64,000 bases of DNA from Methanocella sp. Its GTDB lineage: Archaea; Thermoproteota; Bathyarchaeia; Bathyarchaeales; Bathycorpusculaceae. Each line of letters opens with the position of its first letter. Position 1 is the stretch's first letter. The notes below the pieces were generated by a model. It saw only the letters and a list, made by a program, of their open reading frames with translations, did no database searches and was not told the DNA's origin. This document shows, piece by piece, positions 60,497 through 64,000 of this stretch. The stretch covers positions 1 to 64,000 of the forward strand of contig JBLNCY010000006.1 of NCBI GenBank assembly GCA_050261115.1, in the 5' to 3' direction. The translations under genes were made by a program, and so were the position numbers.

Positions 60497-61716
60497 GTTT
60501 TGTGGAGGCTTTTTGGCTGATAATTTAGCAGAGGGCCAAAACGTGCGTCTGTACCAAATACATCTTTTATTAAGCCACGGCTAATTTCAAGACGAATCTT
60601 CTTAGTTCGCCCATACCGGCCCATGCTAACAACTTTGGCGTTGACAAGCCCCATAGAATCAAGCTCGTTTACAAGCGTTCCGAGGCGTCGCTGGGTAAGT
60701 AATCCTGCGCCCATTTCGCCACAGAGTTCATTGTATATGTCATAGATTTCTCCTGTGGATGCACTGTGCTTGTTGAGGTGATATACGCTTAGCAGGACAA
60801 GTTTTGAGTGCAACGTCAAGTTTTTTAGAGCTTCGATTACACGGTTGTGTTCTATGTGTTTTTCAGCTTGGCGAACGTGTTCTTCTGTGATGGTGGTTGC
60901 ACCGTTCCGTTCGGCTACTTCACCGGCTACTCTGAGCAGGTCTAGAGCTCTTCTGGCATCGCCATGCTCTGCTGCGGCCAAGGCTGCGGATATGCTAAGT
61001 GCAGACTCAGTCAAAGCACCATCCATAAATGCAAGCTTTGATCGTTCAAACAAAATATTTCGGAGTTCGCTTGCATCGTAGGGTCGGAATACGAGTTCTT
61101 CTTCACTTAAGGAGCTGAATACACGGGGGTCTAGGAATTCTTTTAGGCGGAGGTCGTTTGATATGCCGATGATTGAGACTTTGCTTTTGTTGAGTGTTTC
61201 GTTGATGCGGGTGAGTTCGTACATGAAGGCGTCGCCTCGGTCTTTTATGAGGGCATCTACCTCGTCTAGTACGATGATGAATATAATGTAAGATTGGTCT
61301 AGGCCTGAGCGGAATCTATCGAAAACTTCGCCGACTGACAACCCAGTAAAGGGAATGGATAGCCCAACACTTTGGCTAAGGGCGGCAAAAACGCGGTATT
61401 CTGAACCGGTCATGCGGCAGTTTATGTAACAGAATTTTATTTGGGCCCCATACTCTTTGGCTTTTGATTCGAGGTGGCTAAGGACGTATTTGGCTACTGC
61501 GGTTTTTCCTGTGCCGGTTTTGCCGTAGATGAATATGTTTGAGCAGCGGGCATTTCTTAGTACAGGGGCTACTGTGGATCCTAGGAGTCGGATTTGTTCT
61601 TCTCGGTGGGGGAGCTTTTCTGGTAGATAGTCATGTCTTAGGACTTCGCGGTCTTTGAAGAGTCTTGGGCCTTTTACGAAATTGTCAAACACATCATCAA
61701 GTACAGAGTTTCCCAT
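60493..61716 (-). CDS. cdc6: Orc1/Cdc6 replication initiator
   Basis: LPHREEQI, YGKTGTGKT, VLDEVD, GDARRALDLLR, GRYGRT wing. Confidence 0.97.
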   Translation of the reverse strand: MGNSVLDDVFDNFVKGPRLFKDREVLRHDYLPEKLPHREEQIRLLGSTVAPVLRNARCSNIFIYGKTGTGKTAVAKYVLSHLESKAKEYGAQIKFCYINCRMTGSEYRVFAALSQSVGLSIPFTGLSVGEVFDRFRSGLDQSYIIFIIVLDEVDALIKDRGDAFMYELTRINETLNKSKVSIIGISNDLRLKEFLDPRVFSSLSEEELVFRPYDASELRNILFERSKLAFMDGALTESALSISAALAAAEHGDARRALDLLRVAGEVAERNGATTITEEHVRQAEKHIEHNRVIEALKNLTLHSKLVLLSVYHLNKHSASTGEIYDIYNELCGEMGAGLLTQRRLGTLVNELDSMGLVNAKVVSMGRYGRTKKIRLEISRGLIKDVFGTDARFGPLLNYQPKSLHKT

Positions 61717-61747
61717 TGTTTGCCCACCCTATTTTTTTTCAGAGGTA

Positions 61748-62340
61748 CAACCGTTATTTCGAGTGGAACAGATAAAGGCTACAGTACAAAAAAATGGTTT
61801 TGAACAACAACATTCCTAAAAGAAGACAAAAACAGGCAGAAACAACCTATCAACCCAAGGATAGACTCACCCGTTGATTTCTACTGGAAAAATCAACTAA
61901 CTTTACACTAACCCATATTATAGTATAACATAATAATATACTCTGAGTTGTAAATTAGCTTTGAATATATTAATGATTGTTGTCCAAAAAAATAGATAGA
62001 CTCTCAGAAATTATTTTTCGACCGCTTCTCAACTTCTTTTTTCCCCTAAAACTCTCGAGAGGAAAAAGAGGGGTGCCTCTCTGATCTGAATTCCATGGAA
62101 GAAAGCTTGTAAGCTGTCCCTTTGCTTCAATATTTTGCCATGGCTTGCTTTGCTCCTTACCAAAGTTCGCCTAGTGACCTCTTGATTGCCAGGTTTGGGT
62201 GGCTTAGGGGTTCACAAAACTGTGAATACATGTGAAATAGCAATAAATCTGTAGCTTTATCAAGCTTCTTTTTCGGAGATTTACTTGTTTTCTGTCTGTT
62301 AACAGTGAATGTGGCACCCCTTGGCTTCTACTGGAGAACT
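61748..62340. other. probable replication origin (oriC) with ORB boxes and AT-rich segment
   Basis: Minus-strand GTTCCACTCGAAATAACGG (61751-61769), TTCCAGTAGAAATCAACGGGTG (61867-61888 approx.), CTCCAGTAGAAGCCAAGGGGTG (62315-62336); plus-strand CTCGAGAGGAAAAAGAGGGGTG (62054-62075); AT-rich 61911-62000; directly upstream of cdc6. Confidence 0.85.
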
Positions 62341-62530
62341 CGATTTAAGCTGGAAAGATAAATCTTTTAACCGTTTGTTTTTCTGTGAAGCTTGTAATTC
62401 TAAAAACAATTATAAAATAAGTTATTTACTGAAAATAAGCTTGAATTGGGCTTTTTATTTTGGCTGTTTTCACCATCACAGTTATATGCTGTGAAGCTGT
62501 AGAGTTGTGAACAACCTAGGTGTCTAATTA

Positions 62531-62962
62531 GTGCCGACTCGCAAAATGCGCGTGGAGCTCTTTGACAATGAGGGCAATCGGTATACCATTGCCTTTGAGG
62601 GTCAAGTGACCCGCGACAAAGCTCTACGCCTGCTTGATCTTGTTGAATTGCTAGGCGGCACACCGAATGAAACATCAAATATAACAAGTCCAGCAGTACC
62701 CAGTCCTCGTCAACTGTCTCGTTTTGAGAAGGTTCAAGCAGTAATTCAGAAGAATTTCCCCTTAATCTGGTTCTCATCCAAAGACATTCAGGCAGTCTAT
62801 GAGCAGGAATTCAAAGAACCTGTCAGCCTAAGCACCATATCCACCTACCTCTCCAGAATGGCCTCAAAAGGCATGCTTATGCGCACTGGCACCTCCAACA
62901 ACCTCAAGTACAAGACTGCCCCAAACATTCCAGCGACAATCAAGCAGCGTATAATAAAGTAG
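62531..62962 (+). CDS. origin-adjacent protein with small N-terminal domain and C-terminal winged helix
   Basis: KMRVELFD.EG.RYTI.FEG.VTRDK; FSSKDIQ..YE......LSTISTYLSRM..KG.L.R wHTH pattern. Confidence 0.8.
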   Translation: MPTRKMRVELFDNEGNRYTIAFEGQVTRDKALRLLDLVELLGGTPNETSNITSPAVPSPRQLSRFEKVQAVIQKNFPLIWFSSKDIQAVYEQEFKEPVSLSTISTYLSRMASKGMLMRTGTSNNLKYKTAPNIPATIKQRIIK

Positions 62963-62963
62963 C

Positions 62964-63009
62964 TTCACAAGCCCTTCACAACAGTTCACCACTGTTCACA
63001 GGGTTCACA
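62964..63009 (+). repeat. array of five TTCAC(A/C) direct repeats at about 10-bp period
   Basis: Starts at 62964, 62975, 62985, 62995, 63004. Confidence 0.8.
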
Positions 63010-63085
63010 ACATGCTTGTATTAGGTTGACGATTATTGGTAGCTGCCCATATTTTTTAGCATGCTATTTAGTTGAGTTGAGTTGC

Positions 63086-63145
63086 GTCTCTTGCTTTGCC
63101 AAGAGACCCCTCCTTATATATATAGAGTCAACCTCGGGTTGAACC
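63086..63145 (-). repeat. dispersed intergenic element copy 6
   Basis: Minus strand GGTTCAACCCGAGGTTGACTCTATATATATAAGGAGGGGTCTCTTGGCAAAGCAAGAGAC; upstream GGTATGCTTTC also found before copy 3. Confidence 0.85.
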
Positions 63146-63243
63146 TGGTCTTGAAAGCATACCTGCAAAAATACTAGCCTCACGGAACCCTTTAGTAGTA
63201 AAGCCCAGGAGACTGTCTATTTTGCAGTGGAAAATAAATTCGG

Positions 63244-64000
63244 CTAGGTTACGGCTGGCGAAGGCTCTGTCTTCTGCAGCAGGGCCTCCATCTCCTTTTT
63301 AATTGTATATCGGAACGGAATCTTACCAGCCTCCCTCTCCACATAACCTTCCTCATAAATCCTTTTCATCAACCTAGCCGTATGCTCCCTGCTCAAGCCA
63401 AGACGCTCTTTAATTTCCGGTGCAGTCTTAGCGCCCTCCTTAGAGAGCATCTCCAGCACTGCAATCTCTGTCTCGGTCAACGCTGCAAGAGCCTTGTCAC
63501 GTTTGATAGGAACAACCGGAAGCGCCATTTCACTTCGAGCCTCTATTGGAGCCGGCGGGGCAGTAGCTAACTTTTGGAGTTGTTCTTCCAACATAGCAAT
63601 TTTTTGTTGCATGGCTTGCTGGGCATTTTGTGCCTCTTGGAGTTTTGCTTGGAGGGTTGCCATTTCGTTTGTGAGCTCTGATTTTAGGGTTGTATTGTTT
63701 TGTGTGATTTCTGCCAAGTTTGCTGTGACGTCCTGGGTTAGAGTTTGATGTATTTGGTTAAGGGCGATGATCTGGGTTTCCAAGGGGTCGATTAGGTTCT
63801 CTAGCCGTTCGGCCTTTCGGTAGCTGGCTTCTGCGGTGGAGTAGCTGCCCTCAACTCTTGTCACCATATTATCAAATTTTTCTGATTGACGTTTTAATTC
63901 ACGGTTAAAACTAAGCACTATATCGCCCAAGAAATCTTTGGCTTTAGCGTATTCTTGTAGGCTCTGTTCATATTGTAGATGAGTTTTTGCGTATTCCTGC
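63244..64000 (-). CDS. coiled-coil protein with C-terminal winged HTH (5'-truncated by window edge)
   Basis: Frame stays open to the edge (QEYAKTHLQYEQSLQEYAKAKDFLGDI...); LTETEIAVLEML..EG.KTAPEIK..LGLSREHTARLMK..YEEGYVER. Confidence 0.8.
   Translation of the reverse strand, partial: QEYAKTHLQYEQSLQEYAKAKDFLGDIVLSFNRELKRQSEKFDNMVTRVEGSYSTAEASYRKAERLENLIDPLETQIIALNQIHQTLTQDVTANLAEITQNNTTLKSELTNEMATLQAKLQEAQNAQQAMQQKIAMLEEQLQKLATAPPAPIEARSEMALPVVPIKRDKALAALTETEIAVLEMLSKEGAKTAPEIKERLGLSREHTARLMKRIYEEGYVEREAGKIPFRYTIKKEMEALLQKTEPSPAVT

Noticed and set aside
1131-63145. Dispersed element as CRISPR repeats or ORB boxes
   Set aside because: Copies are kilobases apart with no spacer array or cas genes, and they lack the TCCAGTGGAAA core seen at the origin.
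63221-63234. TTTGCAGTGGAAAA as an extra ORB
   Set aside because: Single mismatched core without a G-string, about 900 bp from the ORB cluster.

Overview
Archaeal chromosomal window, most likely a TACK-group archaeon such as Bathyarchaeia. This is inferred from PolD DP1, Orc1/Cdc6, Rpo6/Rpo7/Spt4, eukaryote-type r-proteins, Fae-Hps and three paralogous PQQ-like beta-propeller surface proteins. Core loci are aIF5A, NAD kinase, Nob1, Sec61beta, thermosome-rpoK, the rps6e-aIF2gamma-rpoE-spt4-rps24e-rps27ae cluster, rpl3-rpl4-rpl23-rpl2-rps19, ahcY, tmk, pyrE, trpB2, an intron-containing tRNA-Ser(CGA), tRNA-Glu(UUC), and a probable replication origin (ORB boxes beside cdc6 and DP1). A ~20 kb accessory block (5.6-25.1 kb) carries an EVE protein, the three propeller genes each next to TrmB or Lrp regulators, and a complete bacterial-type partner-switching module (Cache-HAMP-PP2C, RsbW-like kinase, STAS) tightly linked to a TPP-dependent enzyme although archaea lack sigma factors. 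The main unexplained signals are: (1) a six-copy dispersed intergenic element (short palindrome + TATATATAAG + G-run + GGCARAGCA); (2) roughly 10-bp-phased TTCACA arrays flanking a winged-helix gene at the origin; (3) the sigma-less partner-switching operon; (4) HTH-Fae-Hps and Cys-domain/radical SAM fusions. All calls come from reading the sequence and ORF track by eye; no database searches were run.
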